NCBI RefSeq assembly: GCF_037042905.1
Contig: NC_087250.1
Location: 9,984,001-10,048,000, forward strand
DNA from: Lytechinus pictus
Taxonomy: Eukaryota
Direction: 5' to 3'
DNA length: 64,000 bases
Under the pieces are notes generated by a model. That model did not search any database and was not told where the DNA came from. It saw only the letters and a list, made by a program, of their open reading frames with translations. Positions 26,280-39,582 of this stretch are shown one piece after another. The position numbers and the translations under genes were made by a program. The first letter of the stretch is position 1. Each line of letters begins with the position of its first letter.

Positions 26280-26879
26280 TTAAAGGTCAAGTCCACCCCA
26301 GGAAAATGCTGACTTGAATAAATAGAGAAAAATCAAACTAGCACAGTGCTGAAAATTTCATCAAAATCGGATGTAAAATAAGAAAGTTATGACATTTTAA
26401 AGTTTCGCTTATTTTTCACAAAACAGAGATATGCACAACTAGGTGGGTCAGTTGATGATGTCCATCACTCACTATTTCTTTTGTTTTTTATTGTTTGAAT
26501 TATACAATATTTTATTTTTTATAGATTTGACATTAAGGAGCAGCTTGACTGAAACATATAATATTAAACAATGCTAATGCCACATGTTCAGGGAGGAATT
26601 AATTGTTCTATCACTTGCCAATGAGGAGAAAATTAGAATATTTCATATTTGGCATAATGAAATACAAAAGAAATAGTGAGTGGATGACGTCATCAGTCTC
26701 CTCATTTGCATATGAACCAGGATGTGCATATAACTGTTTTGTGAAATTAAGCGAAACTTTAAAATGTCATAACTTTCTTATTTTACATCCGATTTTGATG
26801 AAATTTTCAGTGTTATGCTTGTTGGATTTTTCTCTTTTTATTCAAATAAACTTTTTGTTGGGGTGGACTTGTCCTTTAA
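26280..26879. mobile_element. TTAA-flanked MITE (Kolobok-like), copy 2
   Basis: TTAAAGGTCAAGTCCACCC ... GGGTGGACTTGTCCTTTAA; aligns with 16576-17174. Confidence 0.85.
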
Positions 26880-27049
26880 CAAATACCGAACAAATAACAG
26901 GAAAAAAATAGCTAAATGATTGGGACATATTTCTCTACCCATTCTAAGGCCATAATGATCGCTGCGAATTAAGCTCTCATAATATTTGCTTTACATAATC
27001 AGAACTTTTTTCTTACTTGTAACTGCGGTATGCAAAAAGCAGCGGTGAG

Positions 27050-29960
27050 GTTGATTGTCACCAAACTTTAGAGCGAAGAGGACTTCCTCTCTAAAAATAA
27101 CTGAAACACTTCATTGATGCTGTGCAGATAATTAAAAAAGTCGATGTTGTATTTCACAAAGAAATGAACTATGCTCTGTGTCACATTGGATTCAGAATTG
27201 CCTTTACTTGTGCGTATCTTAAAATGATACAGATTAAGAGAGAGGTGAAATAGAGAATGTAAGAACATGCTTTTTGTGCCATTGGTGGTGAATTGTGGTG
27301 AATGATGGTGAAGGTCAGTGAAATGGGATTAGTGTGAAAATTGGAGATTAACTTTCTAGTGTGAAAGGGGTCTTGTATTAAGTTCATATTGTGCCTGAGG
27401 TAGTTGAAATGTATGTTAATCAGTGCTGGAGAGAAAGGTTTATTTTCCTAGTGTAAAAGGGTCTTCTCTATAGAATCTGTAATGTAAGAGTTAATTGAGC
27501 TGCATGCCTTATTTTATTCAGCCCAGGATAGGTTTTTGTGTTAAGGAATTTTCAGGTGCAAATATGCAAATTAACTGTGGACATGTTCCTTGTACTGAAC
27601 ATGTAGAAAGGTACACTTGGGGCAGACACACCCAGCCAGTTAGAGAAGGAGGACATGCCAAGCCTGGGCATGGATCCTCAGGAGATTTTGTTCTATTAAT
27701 TTCTTCAATAATTTCTGGTTTAGTCTTATAATTTTCCAAGTTTGAGAGCAGGGGAAGAACCTGTTTTGACAGGGTATTTCATCAATTCTGTATACACATA
27801 GTTAATTCAGCACCACCGGTGAGTTGACTTATGAGCTTTTGTATTTTTTTAAGTAACAGAAATTGCAATGTATGTGAAAGAAACAATACTGACTTCCGAT
27901 AAAGGATACTTTAATATAGTAAATGGATGATTCTTTATGATCTATTTATAAAGTATTTGAGTAAACCCTTTAATATAATTGTTTGAATGTTATCCTTATT
28001 ATTGTTTGAACTTTTAGAAAACTAATTTCAGCATTTAAATACGGATTGTATATTTATAGGGAGTCATTGGATTTAAAAGGAATAATGAATAAAATAACGG
28101 AAGACAAAGAAATCAAGATGGCGACGTAAACACCACCCTTAGCTCTTCCCATATTTTCATAACATTTTTCTCGTTTTTTTAATGAATTCTTCTTTAAAAA
28201 TGAAATCGATATCGCAGAAATGTCGGAAATGAAGTTGAACCCCATGTACATGATTTAGGGCTAGATCTTTTAGAGGGAAAGTAGAAATCTCGGGGGCGAA
28301 AGTTTCAGGTTTTGTGGCCGTACGTGCATGACTATGCCTTAGTGTTCCAGGCTTCATGGGGAGTAAGCCTACTACTTTTACTCCCCAGAAGCCTCGAGTC
28401 TACCACTTCCCATCCTTAAAGGAGAATGAAACTCTTGAAACCAGCTGAATCCATATCAAAGAGAAAAATCAAAGAAACATATTGATGAAAGTTTGAGGAA
28501 GATTGAATGAATAATAAGAAAGTTATGAGCATTTGAATATTGAGATCACTAATGCCATGTAGATCCTCCCATTGGCAATGCGACCAAGATCTGTGATGTC
28601 ACACACGTACAACTCCCTCATTACTTTAGTACTTATTTCACTTATATTCTCACGTTTATAGAGTCTATCACAAGGTCAAGGTGAGGTGTTCTCTTTATGA
28701 GAGGACAAGTATAGAGGTTTCACAACATTATATCATTGATGAATCGTTTGTCATATGATTAGAATGAGCAAAAAAAGATGTTTTGGGGTATATTATCTTG
28801 GTTGCATTGCCAAAGGGAGGATCTCCATAGCATTAGTGATCTCGACATTCATATGCTCATAACTCTTCTATTGCTAGTCCTATTTTACTCAAACTTTTGT
28901 TGATCTTATTCTTTGATTTTTCTGCTTTCACAAAAGCTAACTTGCTCCAAGATTTTCATTCTCCTTTAACTTCAACGTACATGACGTAGACGCCGATGGA
29001 GTACTGTTTAGCGAGGTGGGCGACAGCAGGACTCCGACTTTGTCGATTTAAAGCATTGAATCTTCGTAGTATGAACTATTCATCAAAGACTGGATAATAT
29101 GGTGAAGTATGGAATTGTTGAGACAATGAGCGTGATTGGATTTTGAGAACAATTATAGGCGCATATTTTCTGTTCATCATCGTAGAGCGAGTGCGTCTAC
29201 TTTAGCGCATAAGGAAATGGTTCAGAATGATGTGTTTAATAATGTTAAAGGTATTTGTATATTAAGTGAATGTATTAGTATTGGATAAGGAGTAGATTTA
29301 GAGAGGTCATGGTCAGATCAATACAGGATCTGTTTTGTGCAGAGCCTTAGTGGCAGTTATACGGTTATGCAGTGTGGAAATTGTTGAAGAATATTGTTAT
29401 TTTGAGCCTTAGTGGCAGTTACGGTTTTGTAGCGTGGAAATTGAAGAACATTGTTATTTGGAGAGAGATAAAGCATAGTATGCTTTAGAAATAAAGAATC
29501 TGATTTAAAGGCATGGCTGATGTGAGAATTATTTTTATTTGGCTGTTCCCATGTGACACTCTCACATGAAGTCTTGCCTGAAACTTTGAGTTCTGGCCTC
29601 CTTGAAGAAGCTGCCAGATTTTATACATAAATTTCCACTATTCTGGAAGCTTCTAGTATTGTCTTTAAAAGGAACAATCTAGTTCTTTCTTGAATAGTCC
29701 CATATTACATGTTCTAGAAGACTCTTGAATGACTCAGTGAAATCAGCAATGTAAACAGCAGAGCTAATCCTATTTTCCTTGTCCAAGCTGACAATCTCTA
29801 TTGTCTGCCAAGATCATTGTACATTACAAAAATACCAAGTCATTTCTCAGCCTCATTGAATATGCGTAGCTGAGACATTCTGGAATATTCCTTGATCATA
29901 GGCAATAAATATCATTTGAGAAAAAAATAACTAAGTGGATGAATGTAATTTCTCTTACAA
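27050..29960. mobile_element. Possible long LTR-like or retroelement remnant
   Basis: Distinct composition; TGTAAGAG (27483) and CTCTTACA (29952-29959) inverted ends; roughly 63-bp direct repeat at 29342-29460; no clean TSD. Confidence 0.3.
28416..28969. mobile_element. TTAA-flanked MITE (Kolobok-like), second family
   Basis: TTAAAGGAGAATGAAA ... TTTCATTCTCCTTTAA with long internal inverted repeats. Confidence 0.85.
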
Positions 29961-30374
29961 TTATTGTTTTATATAACATTAGCATGATATAAAATGTATA
30001 AACATGATAGAGTAGATGAATTATGCATATTAAAAAGTAATAGAACTGGTAAAGTTACAGTACAATAAAAATAAAGAAAAACACTGTAGAAACTGTAAAT
30101 TTTCTTAAACATGTATCTAAAGCTTGATGTCTACTATAATTTTTTTGGGGAAGATCATTCCATAATTTGAGGGAAATAACCAAACAAAGTAAAAATTTGA
30201 GATCAAACCAATCTTTGGCTGGCGTGTAAGATTATTCGTAGATGTGGGCCTTGAATGTGTTGATGTGCCCAGTAGCTGAGAGAAGATATATCCCGTGCCT
30301 TATATATATATGCATGAGTATTCAAAGTCTTCCTAATCCTTCTTTTTTTCTTTTCTGAAAAATTAAACAAATAG

Positions 30375-30587
30375 CTGTTAAAGTGGGAGTACAATCTCGA
30401 AATGTTACTGCTATCGCCGGAGAAAGAGCTGAGCTTACATGCAATATCTCTCGGTACCAAAGTTCTCTCGTGTCCTTAACATGGGCCCTCGGATCTGAGA
30501 CTATCCTGGTCCACCTGTGTGAAGATCGATGTGCCAACGTTTCCACTGGTCAATTCGAATCCCATATCGACAAGGCAACTGGTTACG
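30375..30587 (+). CDS. Gene B exon 2, N-half of V-type Ig domain
   Basis: NVTAIAGERAELTCNIS..VSLTW; AAATAG / G|GTAATG; 213 nt, phase 1-1. Confidence 0.85.
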
Positions 30588-30629
30588 GTAATGTATTCGA
30601 ACTCATTACATCTTAGAAATAAATAATAT

Positions 30630-30900
30630 TAAACAATAATAGTTACCTCGGTCATAGGATGCATGACTCTTCCACACATATAGTGCACCATCTCTACTCC
30701 CTTGGGAGTATCCTAACCAGGCAACCGTTTATCGATGCACACATGCCAATCCTTTCGGGTACCCATTTAGCACCAAGGTGGAAAGTGACAAATGTGGGTA
30801 AGTGCCTCGCCAAATGCCATTAGCGCCGAGCGGAATTCGAACCCCCGACTCTTGGTTTAAGAGTCAAGTGACTGAACCACTACACCATGACACCTCCACT
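30630..30900 (-). mobile_element. tRNA-derived SINE
   Basis: Minus strand CATGGTGTAGTGGTT..GGGGTTCGAATTCC, followed by a SINE body (AAATGGGTACC, ATACTCCCAAGGGAGT). Confidence 0.7.
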
Positions 30901-31632
30901 AAATGCCATTTCGGCAATTGTATTAGTCCAAAATGATTTCGGACAGAATCCTATGAAACGTCCTCTCAAGTATTTGTATAACTGAAATTTATATGTCAAA
31001 TGATTCTGGAAGAAATGAAATAAAATTGCTAAGAAATTAGGAAAACAAGCAAAGTTTCCACCCAAAGGTCGGGTCTTTTTTCAAGGAATAATAATACTCA
31101 CATGTGCGTGTTCGTGATCTCAACCGTGATCGCTTCCAGCTTAGATTTCATGATTTCAATAAATTTTCTATAAAATAGTGAAAAATATCCTTGGTTTTAC
31201 AGAATTTCACATGAAATATTTACTTAGACGACATTCATTTGTATTTAACAATGTGTTTACCTGGTAGAATTACGAATTACGGGAATAAAACCACCTTCCT
31301 TTGATAATAGAAATGGTAAAAAGAAATCACCCACCATTTCTTTTTCAATTCAATTTGTAAAAGGTTAAGCTAAAAAAATATATATCCACTGGACTCTGGT
31401 AGTAATTAAATATGATTATTTTGATATATAAATAAACAAAAATCAATGAGAATTTCAATTGTTTTGATATATTTTTTTTATTTCTGCTTCATTTTCGAAG
31501 AAAGGGTGTCATTACATAAAGATATTAAACTATGTCCAATTGAAATCTTCCCTGTGAAATTCATAGACTGCGTAAACTTTTAGTTAATTAATATCTACAT
31601 TAATACTAAATAGGTTCATTATTGCGGACTGA

Positions 31633-31786
31633 AATAATCGCTAGAGGGTATTCATTTGTCTCGCAATCTACTATGGTCAACAAGGAAATTCGTGATCACT
31701 CTCGCAAAAAGTGTTCACTAGCTTACAAGTTCACGAGCTTTCGAGTGCAGATTGCGAGACAAATGAATACTCTCTAGCGATTATTA
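31633..31786. repeat. Hairpin element flanked by a direct repeat
   Basis: AATAATCGCTAGAGGGTATTCATTTGTCTCGCAATCT / AGATTGCGAGACAAATGAATACTCTCTAGCGATTATT; TAATATCTACATTA occurs on both sides. Confidence 0.8.
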
Positions 31787-33159
31787 ATATCTACATTATT
31801 CAGGATGAGATTTAAATACACCCAGAATGATACGATGCTATTCAGCGAAAACCTATCAAGTTCAAATTGATAAGCAAACCCCAATCAGAATCTTTCAAAT
31901 GTACACAGTTAATTCTGATTGGCATTTATGGGAGTATACTAGTTATTAAAACCAATAAATCAACTTCGTGGTTTAAATTGGTATCAGTTCACGACACATT
32001 GTTTATATGAGGGCATATTTTATCCTACTGATTTTGAGATGCAGCCTATTAGGAAAATCGAAAGTTCCATGAAAAACTACATCATGAGCAAATGGCTATG
32101 ATATCAAAATAAAGATGAAGATGAGTCCTGCACTGAAAATTTAGGTACAATTGTACTAAAAATTTAAACGTTCAACAGTTAATATCTAAATGTATAGTCT
32201 CGATCAAGCAATGCAAGTTCGCTGAAGATACTCAGAACTGTCTAGAAAATCACCTATTACACAATACACTCATGTGGGGCATTGCACAGAGCTTATATAC
32301 ATTCAATTGCAATTGGTGTGGTCTTATGGTTAGAACATTGGAATCATGATTGAAAAGTTGTGAGTTCGAATATCCGCTTTAACCAAAAAGGCCATTGAGT
32401 AACCTCTGTCGTCTATAACGGTCGGCCAAAATGACTAGTTAACTTAAATACACATGTAAATAAAATCAAGGGCGTATCCATGATTTTCTATTAAAAAAAA
32501 AAAAAAAGGGGGGAGGGACATTTCCCCATGAAAAATTATATAAGCAAAAAAAAAGGGTTTAACCAAAGATTAAAGGTCATTTTGTCCATGCAAAATTTGA
32601 CAAGCAAAAAAAAAAAGGTCCTTGTGAATGAACGACAAATTCCCGTTAAAAATACATGCTGTGACTTTCAAGGGGGGGCACACACTCTTGTAACAACGGC
32701 AGATTTGTGCCCCCCCCCCCCCTGGATCCGTCAGTGTATAAAATGTTTCCTGTGTAAATGTTTATACCAGTTGATATGGCAATGATGCGGCGGAAAGCTG
32801 TGCGAAATTGTGCCTAATTTGGATATTAGGCTTGCATTGGAACATAACAAATAAGTTTATGGCAACGCACAAAAGTGGCCTCTAAAAAGAAATGTAGCTC
32901 CAAATAATAATTGTTAATTGTTTCTAAAATATATTGCGGGAACCTTTCATGAAAAAGAGTAATTTTCTCTGATTGTTGTAAATAAGAGCTATTGCAAATC
33001 ATCGCCTCGGATGATTTGCAGTAGGATTTTAGTCAGTAATAATTTGAAACGCACCCAGGCTGTTAGATAGGTGATTGATTTCCCTTCTTAATCTCCTTTT
33101 CTCCCCTCTTCTCTCTCTTTTCTCCCCTCTTCTCTCTCTTTTCTCATTTCGCATTAAAG

Positions 33160-33267
33160 GTACATTGACGATTCAGCGTACTTTACCAGAGCAAGAAGGT
33201 GTTTATTCCTGTATCGTATCGGCCGAATCTACTATTATGAATGATAAAATCATCCTTGTCATTCAAG
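33160..33267 (+). CDS. Gene B exon 3, C-half of V-type Ig domain
   Basis: GTLTIQRTLPEQEGVYSC..IILVIQ; long polypyrimidine tract, TAAAG / G|GTAGGT; 108 nt, phase 1-1. Confidence 0.85.
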
Positions 33268-34747
33268 GTAGGTCATTCATTGTGCTACAAATACCAACCT
33301 CTCCCATTTCGCAAATATCTTGCTAAATGTATTTATGACGATTTCTTTTTTAGCTAGTAGAGATTGGTTTTTGTGTGGGTGTGAGTGTTTTTTTTTTTGA
33401 GGGGGGGGGGAGTGGGGATTGGCTGACGCCCTAATAAGCCCGCTGCTGACCTCCAAAAGGAACAGCCCCCCCAAAAAAAAATCAATCGAAAAATCAATAA
33501 GTAACACTTTGAATGCGTAGGAAACAGCCCCAAAAAGTTGTTTTATAATGAAAATAATAATGAAATTTGTTATTTGTATATCGCACACAACAAACTTGTT
33601 AGGTGCTCGAATGCATTCCTATATTGCCCTGGCAAAGCTAGACAACCAATTTAGGTGCTCAAACCTTTTTTCCGGTACCAAATTTCCTAACCAAGGTTGA
33701 GTGCAGCACATTCAATTTTGCGCTGAAGAAAATTACGCCATGGCTGGGCGACCCACGACCCTCCGTTCAACCGCGTAGCCAGGATTTAATCTTTGAGGGG
33801 TCGGTAAGTGCACGCGAAGCGCGCTCTCTAGGGAGGAGGGTGCAGGGAGAGGGGATTTTCTCATCAAATTAAAATCAAAAGAAGGCGTCTCTTGCGTCTC
33901 TAGTACCCTTATCAACTCGAATATTGACTGGCTGTGATAATTTGTTTTCGAAAGAAATTATGAGCCCCCGAAAAATTGAGAAAAGATTGAGGAATTTGAA
34001 AATAATTCCTCTTACCGCGCGAAGGGCGAAAGCTTGAAACGTTGTATAAAAATAGAGAAAGAAATGATACAATTATGCCTACCTTGGTCACATCAGATTT
34101 GATTGTAAAACGTTTATCCACATTAAATTTCGTTAACTCGATCAAGTCGCCAGAGTAGAAGACGCCTATATACAGGGAGGAAATAGGCCCTATTCCTTCC
34201 CGCGAATGGCGCTGAAGCTCTCAATTTTCGAAATTTCTCCGAGACTTTAACCTGTTTTGACTTTGATATTTCTTAGAGTATATTTAACTCGATTTAGAAG
34301 AAAAACGAGCTCAAAATTTGAAAGGGACGATGCAAGCTAAAAGGAATTTTCCTTTCCCATGCTCGCGAAGCCCGGAAACCTCTTTATTTTGAAAGAAAAA
34401 AAATTGTATAATTTCGCTTATTATTTAGCGTTTGCTTTTTTTTGGTTTGATTAAGAAACTTCAGTGAATTTCAAATAAATGGCGCAAAACAGTACAGGAG
34501 ATGGATGTGCAGCGATGAAGAATAAAGTTTAATATCGTACAATATTTTTTGCATATAGCACGGCACGAATTTAATGCCTTTCCCTTTGAGCAGATACTTT
34601 GCCAAAAATTACTTGCTAAAAAGCGGAAGAAATAGCATTTGGGGTCTCGGGGAGTGACGGTAATGTTTACCCGCTCCGAACAGAAGAGCAAAAATTTTGT
34701 GTCAATGCAATTACACCCATGTATACTTTATAATTTCTAGCAAGAAT

Positions 34748-34886
34748 CACTAGCGTACCTACGGGGGGCAGTCTGCCCCCCCCCCCCCCTGACGAGCTTG
34801 AAGACCTTTTTTTTTTTTTTTTTGCTTGTCAAATTTTTTGGCGGACGGTTTTGCCCCCCCTGTGGAAAATCCTAGGTACGCCACTG
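34748..34886. mobile_element. hAT-type mini-MITE
   Basis: CACTAGCGTACCTA..TAGGTACGCCACTG with perfect 8-bp TSD GCAAGAAT. Confidence 0.85.
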
Positions 34887-35288
34887 GCAAGAATATATGA
34901 TTCTTACAGCCAGGAAGGTGAAAAACGGAGTAGAAAAAGGTGTGGGAAACAAAAGAAATGGCAATTTTGATATTTTTCTCTCGCGGAGCGCGGAATCAAA
35001 ATTTTGTATGAAGAGAGAAATATGTCTCGTTTAGGTTTTTATTCTTTTGACATTTTGGGAGCGTTTTTTTTTTTTTGGGGGGGGGGGGCAACCGCCCCCT
35101 GGCTACGCGCCTTCCTCCGTTTCAAAGTCATCATGGCTAATAAACTGGAATAGGGTCAAAGTTGGAGTCCGTACTATTATCCATTGAATTAAATATCGCA
35201 AACAAATTGAACGACAATTAAATGAATCAGTATTCCAAACAACAGCTAAAAAGAAGATTTTGAAATTTACTATCAAATATGCCCACAG

Positions 35289-35621
35289 TTCCTCCTCAAG
35301 GAGTATTTCTCTACGACTTATCTCAACGCTTTCGCGTGGATGATTGGGAAACCATGATCACCCTAGACCAAGAGCAACTCCGTCTTCGATGCTCATTGGC
35401 AAACCCAACCAAACCCGAATCACAGCTTCGCTGGGAAACGAACAATATGGAGACCGCCCTCTACGAACAAGTTACCACATTGGAAGATGGCCTTTTCTCT
35501 AGTCACATGCATCTAGATGTGAAAATTCAGCGATCAGATCATGGGAAGGAAATTGTTTGCAGGGCTTCACAGAGAGGATATGGAGTAGTTCCGATGGCGA
35601 GTCTATTTATTCAAGTTCAAG
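35289..35621 (+). CDS. Gene B exon 4, C2-type Ig domain (nephrin/nectin-like)
   Basis: VPP..LRLRCS..TKPESQLRW..RSDHGKEIVCRASQ; CCACAG / G|GTATGT; 333 nt, phase 1-1. Confidence 0.9.
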
Positions 35622-36597
35622 GTATGTTTTATTATAATTATTATTGTTCTTGTTATTATGATTAGAAATAACCCAACCAGTTGACGTTAGATTATTATTG
35701 TCTAATACTTCTTGTTATTACGAGGAAGCAAAATTACCGACGAGTCCCAAGTTATCAGCAGTTATGTACTTCAGTATTCCAATATTAACATTAAAGAAAA
35801 AAAGATAAGAAAATATACATCTGAAAGTACATCTAAACATATTCCTCGTATGCGTAGTACAAACTTTCATTTTTACGGATACTGTTTATGCGGATTAATT
35901 AAATTGAATATTTAAGTAAATTGCCATTGGAATAGAGCCGTAACGAGTTATTTCTTCTTAAAAATAAGAATTAATGGAAATTATTGCTTGAGGAGTATTA
36001 ATGAAATTGTAGATATCCTCGATTCGCCACGGTTAAATTTGTTCTACATAATTTAAAATTGTTATGTTTATGTTTTAAAAATGGAACAATTTTGTTAGAG
36101 AATCGCCGGCACGATACCGATGTTAGTTGTTTTTGGTGACGCGTCAGGCAACACCCCACGCTATAGTTCATTGTCACACTCGATATAGCAGCCAACAGAT
36201 TTTCGGGCGCTATACATGTACGTTCGTTCGTGTTGGCATAGCGAAGTTTTCGACTGTTTTGAAAATGGACATACTGACGTAGATTAATAGACGCCATATT
36301 AAGGGCGTGACTTTATAATGGAGCTGACTTAGCTTATACACCACCTAGGAGATTTGTTGTTTACCAATAAAATAACTGCAACACTAGCCACCGTCATCAT
36401 GACTGTTGTTGTCGTATTCACTCCAGATTTGTTGGCTTCTAAAAGGGGTGTCGACATCGACACCGAATATATAAAACTACAAGACGAATTACTCTTTTAA
36501 AGTACTATACAAAATATCCAAAAAAATCCTTGGCGACTTATTGTTGGTTTTGTGGTGATAGGTAACATACAATCACATCAATTTTTCTCCATTGCAG

Positions 36598-36927
36598 AGT
36601 GCAAACTAGGTGTTCTTCCACCGGCATGTCGTGCAAATCTTACTTTGAATCAGGTGTCCCAAGTCACGTGTCCTCTGGCAATAGAGAACCCTTCACTGTC
36701 TGAAGGTTCAGCAGAAGTTACGCCTACCTTCAACGGATCTCACTTCGCTGTTTCGTTGAGACAGTCCTCCGAATTGCTAGGACTAGTTCTGGCTGCGCAA
36801 GTCCCCCATGTTCAGGCAGACCCGACCGAGGACGATATTGCACTCATAGAGTTTGTGTGTTGTGAGAATCCCGCATCATCTTGTCCGGGTGTCGCTTGCT
36901 CCGGAAAGTGTCGTTCTACTATTTTGC
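36598..36927 (+). CDS. Gene B exon 5, 8-cysteine module (possibly a Trp-less Ig variant)
   Basis: Open 330-nt phase 1-1 exon; CATTGCAG / C|GTAAGT; ECKLG..C..VTC...EFVCC..C..C..C. Confidence 0.8.
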
Positions 36928-36950
36928 GTAAGTGTGTAAAACATATTATA

Positions 36951-39582
36951 CAGTGCGTCCCAGAAAAAACGAAACCGAGATTTATCGATGATTTATCATA
37001 ACTTAATCATAAATGCAATAAACAAATTACCTACCATTGTAAAGCTTCGAATCTCCTCTTTCATCTAAAATTACTTAAATTATTTCTCATTCACGCATAA
37101 GTGAGCAAAAACCATTTGAAGAGGGGATGCCAAAAAGTCATTTGGCGGGCTGTATCTGGGTTTCTAAGAGAAAACCACAATTTTTAAAAATTCAATATCT
37201 GCTCTATAATTTGATACCTCAATTACCGAAAATGGTCAAGAAATAACAAAGTTCTGGTTATTTGAAATAAGGCTTGAATTTCAATAATTTCATAAAATGA
37301 AGAGGTTTTACAGGCCAGCGTTCAAACTCACTCGACACTCAGTTCAGTTTCAGTTTAGTTTATTTCACTTCCATTTTCTGATAATAAACATAACAAACAT
37401 ATATATACATATGTATAAATGTACAAAACAGCATAAGTGTCATAAGAATACTTCAATAATCAATTAACAAATTCGTAGGAAATAGATGAAACGTATACAA
37501 TTTTTTGTTCAAGATACATTTTGATGATTAGACAAATTATTGATTACTGTTAGCATGTGAAAAGGAAAATGAGGGACTTATTAAAAGGCGAAGCTTGTAA
37601 TTGTAAGCCCCTTAGGATAAATTTGTAGTAATCTTTATCGTATGTAATTAAAAGTAAAGTAAGACAATCTAGACCATATATGAAGAACGGCAAAATAGGT
37701 TTGAATAACAAGGAAAGAAAGGGGGGGGGAGTAACTACATAGGTTACAGGGATAAGGGAATATTAAATAACTGGGGGAAAAAAAACAAAACAAAAAGAAA
37801 CGATTATGTGCCCAGCAGAAAAGGAAAGGGGAGGAGAAAGAGAAATAGGGTCGTGAGGCAAGTATCGTGGAAAAGATAAAGCAGTTCATGTGTTTCATAC
37901 ATTGTACTCATTAAGGAATGAAAGTTTTAGGTGTTTTTTGAAGGTGTTTATATTTCTATATTGTTTAAGGCTTTGGTGAATACCATTCCAGTATTTGGGA
38001 CCTGTGTAAATGATGGTTTTTTGTGCGAGTGTGGTTCTAGTCAGAGGGGGGTGATATTGATGTTGTATAGCTTGTCTTGTGGGGTATGTATGGATGTCAG
38101 TGTTTTTGGTAAAGAGTGAAGTAATTGCGGTGGGTAATTCGTTTTTTGATAGCTGGAACATAAAAGTTCCAAGGTTCAGGAGATAGAGATCGTGGATTTT
38201 TAGTATTCTATTTTTTTTAAATAACGGGCTTGTATGAGCACGGTAATGGGCATTTTCAATTATTCTAACAATTCGTTTTTGGAGCAAAAATATTCTATTA
38301 GTTTGTGTTATTTGTGAATTACCCCAGGATAAAATTCCGTAGTTTAGATAAGGGAGGATGAGGGTTGAGTAGAGGGTCAAAAGTATTTTGTGAGGTAAAA
38401 ATGTTTTAAGTTTGTTGATGACACCAATGTTTCTTGCGATCACTCTACAAAGAATATCAATGTGTGTTTTCCATGATAATTTATTGTCGATGAATATGCC
38501 AAGAAATTTTGTTGATTGGGTATAAATATTAATGCCATTAATGTTAATGTTACCATGGAGCGTTTGTATTGTGTTACTAAATAATATGTAATTTGTCTTT
38601 TTTATGTTTAATGATAGTTTGTTCGCCCGTATCCAAGCATGGACCGATTTCAATTCGGTATTCATAACATTAATCAAAGTTGTTGGGTCACGATGGGAGA
38701 AAAATATGTTGGAGTCGTCAGCGAACAGAATGAAGGATAATAGTTTAGAAGATTTATGGAAGTCATTTATAAATAATATAAATAATAGGGGGCTGAGGAG
38801 TGATCCTTGTGGTACATCACAATTTATGTTTTCCAGGTGTGATTTGCACCCATTAACACAAACGTATCGAGTTCTGTTAGTTAATTAATTCCTGTACCAC
38901 TCCAAGGCCTTTCCTCTAATACCGTAATAAGCAAGTTTTTATAAAAGAATATCATGATCTATAGTGTCAAAGGCCTTGGAGAAGTCCAGGAATATTCCAA
39001 CAGTGTGAAGGGATTTATCAATAGCTTTGATGACTTTATCGACGAGTGTAATCATAGCGTGAGTTGTTGCGTGTTTTTCACGGAAGCCATATTGGAATTC
39101 GTTGAGAATATTGCATTCATGAATGGACTTAATCGTTCGAGTATATACAGTTCTTGTTGACGATCAGCCATGCATTCAGTCTTTTGTTAACCATGCGATA
39201 GCTTCTGTGGGAAACCGGTGAAAACGCGTTTATTTAATGAAATTATGGAAATACAAGCATTGTTTCGATGGAACATTCCTTTTTTTTTACTTCTTGACCA
39301 ATTTTTGTGATTAAGGTATCAAATAAAAGAGCAGATATTGAACTTTTTAGGCATGTGATTTTCTTTTTGAAATTCAGATACCCCCCGCCAAATGAGTTTT
39401 TGGTATCCTTTCTTCAAATTGTTTTTGCTCACTCATGCGTGAATGAGGAATAATCTAAGTAATATCAGATGAAAGAGGAGATTCTAAGCTGTACAATGGT
39501 AGGTCATTTGTCTATTGCATTTGTGATTAAGATATGGTAAATCATCGCTTAATCTCGGTTTCGTTTTTTCTGGGACGCACTG
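36951..39582. mobile_element. Tc1/mariner-type MITE split by a LINE insertion
   Basis: TA-CAGTGCGTCCCAGAAAAAACGAAACCGAGATT ... AATCTCGGTTTCGTTTTTTCTGGGACGCACTG-TA; long complementary arms. Confidence 0.9.
37341..39150 (-). mobile_element. 5'-truncated CR1/Crack-like LINE (reverse transcriptase)
   Basis: FLDFSKAFDTIDH, VPQGSLLSP and LFADDSN motifs with stops; intact 260-aa C-terminal ORF 37895-38677; (AACTGA)n-type tail. Confidence 0.9.

Noticed and set aside
26342..26369. V(D)J recombination signal (CACAGTG + 12 bp + TCAAAATCG)
   Set aside because: Lies inside a MITE, the nonamer matches only 6 of 9, it is absent from the sister copy, and it is not adjacent to a V exon.
27518..27739. Cys/Pro-rich 73-aa ORF
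   Set aside because: No splice context or recognisable domain; lies in the putative LTR-like block.
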